Part shown: piece after piece, positions 44,767-45,388 of the stretch
Layout: every line of letters begins with the position of its first letter
Numbering within the stretch: position 1 is the first letter of the stretch
NCBI GenBank assembly: GCA_016282395.1
Contig: JAEEKL010000150.1
Span: 1-45,388 of the forward strand
DNA length: 45,388 bases
DNA from: Bacteroidales bacterium
GTDB taxonomy: Bacteria; Bacteroidota; Bacteroidia; Bacteroidales; WCHB1-69
Direction of reading: 5' to 3'
Program-made: the position numbers and the translations under genes
The notes under the pieces: model-generated
Told to the model about the DNA's origin: nothing
Database searches by the model: none
The model's input: the letters and a program-made list of their open reading frames with translations, nothing else

Positions 44767-44839
44767 TGTCCCCTCAGGGACTCGAACCCTGGACCCATTG
44801 ATTAAGAGTCAATTGCTCTACCAACTGAGCTAAGGAGAC
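44767..44839 (-). tRNA. tRNA-Lys (anticodon CTT), 73 nt, no encoded CCA
   Basis: I folded it by hand. Acceptor GTCTCCT/AGGGGAC, D-arm GCTC-AGTTGGTA-GAGC, anticodon arm ATTGA-CTCTTAA-TCAAT, T-arm CAGGG-TTCGAGT-CCCTG. Confidence 0.9.
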
Positions 44840-44883
44840 TTTTTTTCCTTTGCTTTTGCGGCTGCAAAAATACATTTTTTTTC

Positions 44884-44891
44884 TATTTTTG
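44884..44891 (+). promoter_or_regulatory. -7 box TAttTTTG upstream of the adenosyltransferase gene
   Basis: Exact TAnnTTTG match 15 nt upstream of ATG 44906. Confidence 0.45.
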
Positions 44892-44905
44892 CAAAAAAAA
44901 TCGCA

Positions 44906-45388
44906 ATGAAAATTTACACACGTACAGGAGATAAAGGAACAACCTCATTATCAGATGGTTCACGTATTTCCAAGAGTGATATTCTACTGCATGCATACGG
45001 CACTGTAGATGAGTTGAACAGCTTTATCGGGGCCGTGATTTCGCAGAATCCGGACGAATTTCTGACAAAAGTGCAAAACGAGCTCTTCGTTGTCGGGGGC
45101 ATGTTGGCCACCCCGGTGGCGAATTGGGAGAAATACTGGAAAGTGGAGCGGCTCGCGGAATTCACGAAAGAATTGGAGCAAGAAATCGACCGCATGAGCG
45201 CGGAGCTTCCACCGATGCGCGGGTTCATCCTGCCGCAGGGCAACCGACTCATCGCCGACACGCACATCTGCCGCACCGTTTGCCGACGCGCCGAAAGATA
45301 TGTGGTAGCCATGATGGAGGAAGACGAAGCCTATCAAAAAGTGCAAGTTTTGCTGAACCGACTGTCTGATTTCTTCTTTATTTTGGCC
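44906..45388 (+). CDS. pduO: PduO-type ATP:cob(I)alamin adenosyltransferase (3' end outside window)
   Basis: My own translation gives 'MKIYTRTGDKGTTSLSDGSRISKSD...HAYGTVDELNSFIG...CRRAERYVV', open to the window end. It is absent from the ORF track because no stop lies in the window. Confidence 0.9.
   Translation, partial: MKIYTRTGDKGTTSLSDGSRISKSDILLHAYGTVDELNSFIGAVISQNPDEFLTKVQNELFVVGGMLATPVANWEKYWKVERLAEFTKELEQEIDRMSAELPPMRGFILPQGNRLIADTHICRTVCRRAERYVVAMMEEDEAYQKVQVLLNRLSDFFFILA

Noticed and set aside
16002-44839. The biosynthetic cluster as a tRNA-Lys-integrated genomic island. The 3' end of the tRNA faces the cluster.
   Set aside because: I see no integrase or recombinase. There is no copy of the tRNA 3' segment (tgtcccctcagggactcgaa or its complement) in the opposite boundary 16002-16133. 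Composition does not obviously differ from the flanks.
44906-45388. The PduO adenosyltransferase as part of the cluster, supplying cofactor to the B12-radical SAM enzyme.
   Set aside because: It is separated from the cluster by an opposite-strand tRNA and terminator, and it has its own -7 box. Class B radical SAM enzymes generally use methylcobalamin chemistry rather than adenosylcobalamin. The adjacency is probably coincidental.

Overview
The window looks like Bacteroidales-type chromosomal DNA. Supporting signs are a T9SS C-terminal sorting domain, TAnnTTTG -7 promoter boxes, a DUF3276-parA-parB-DUF5683 arrangement, and dispersed 'ETQNFASL'-type palindromes.

Positions 1-16.1 kb carry core genes: rseP (partial), nadA, hpt, a T9SS-secreted FN3/propeller protein, adk, dxr, lepB, dapB, a small toxin-antitoxin pair, a TlpA-like thioredoxin, DUF5683, parB, parA, a PUR-like DUF3276 protein and yidC.

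Positions 16.1-44.7 kb are one uninterrupted plus-strand run of 28 genes. I read it as an aryl-polyene/flexirubin-type type II PKS cluster. It encodes:
- a FjTAL-like tyrosine ammonia-lyase
- three Cys-His-His ketosynthases, two of them fused to CLF-like domains
- two ACPs, a FabG ketoreductase, four hotdog dehydratases and a thioesterase
- an O-methyltransferase
- LpxL-like and PlsC-like acyltransferases
- two tandem BtrH-N/DUF4872 paralogues
- an ABC-2 exporter, an ArnE-like membrane protein, LolA-like, GT2, and an MMPL-acyltransferase-methyltransferase fusion
- a CrtI-like oxidoreductase, a B12-radical SAM enzyme and a PaaK-like ligase

No enoyl reductase and no FabH-like dialkylresorcinol genes are visible.

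The window ends with tRNA-Lys(CTT) and a partial PduO-type corrinoid adenosyltransferase.

Intergenic regions are rich in heptamer tandem repeats, GC-rich mini-hairpins and a 26-28 bp palindromic element. One palindrome copy sits in-frame inside a ketosynthase gene. Another supplies the dapB stop codon.
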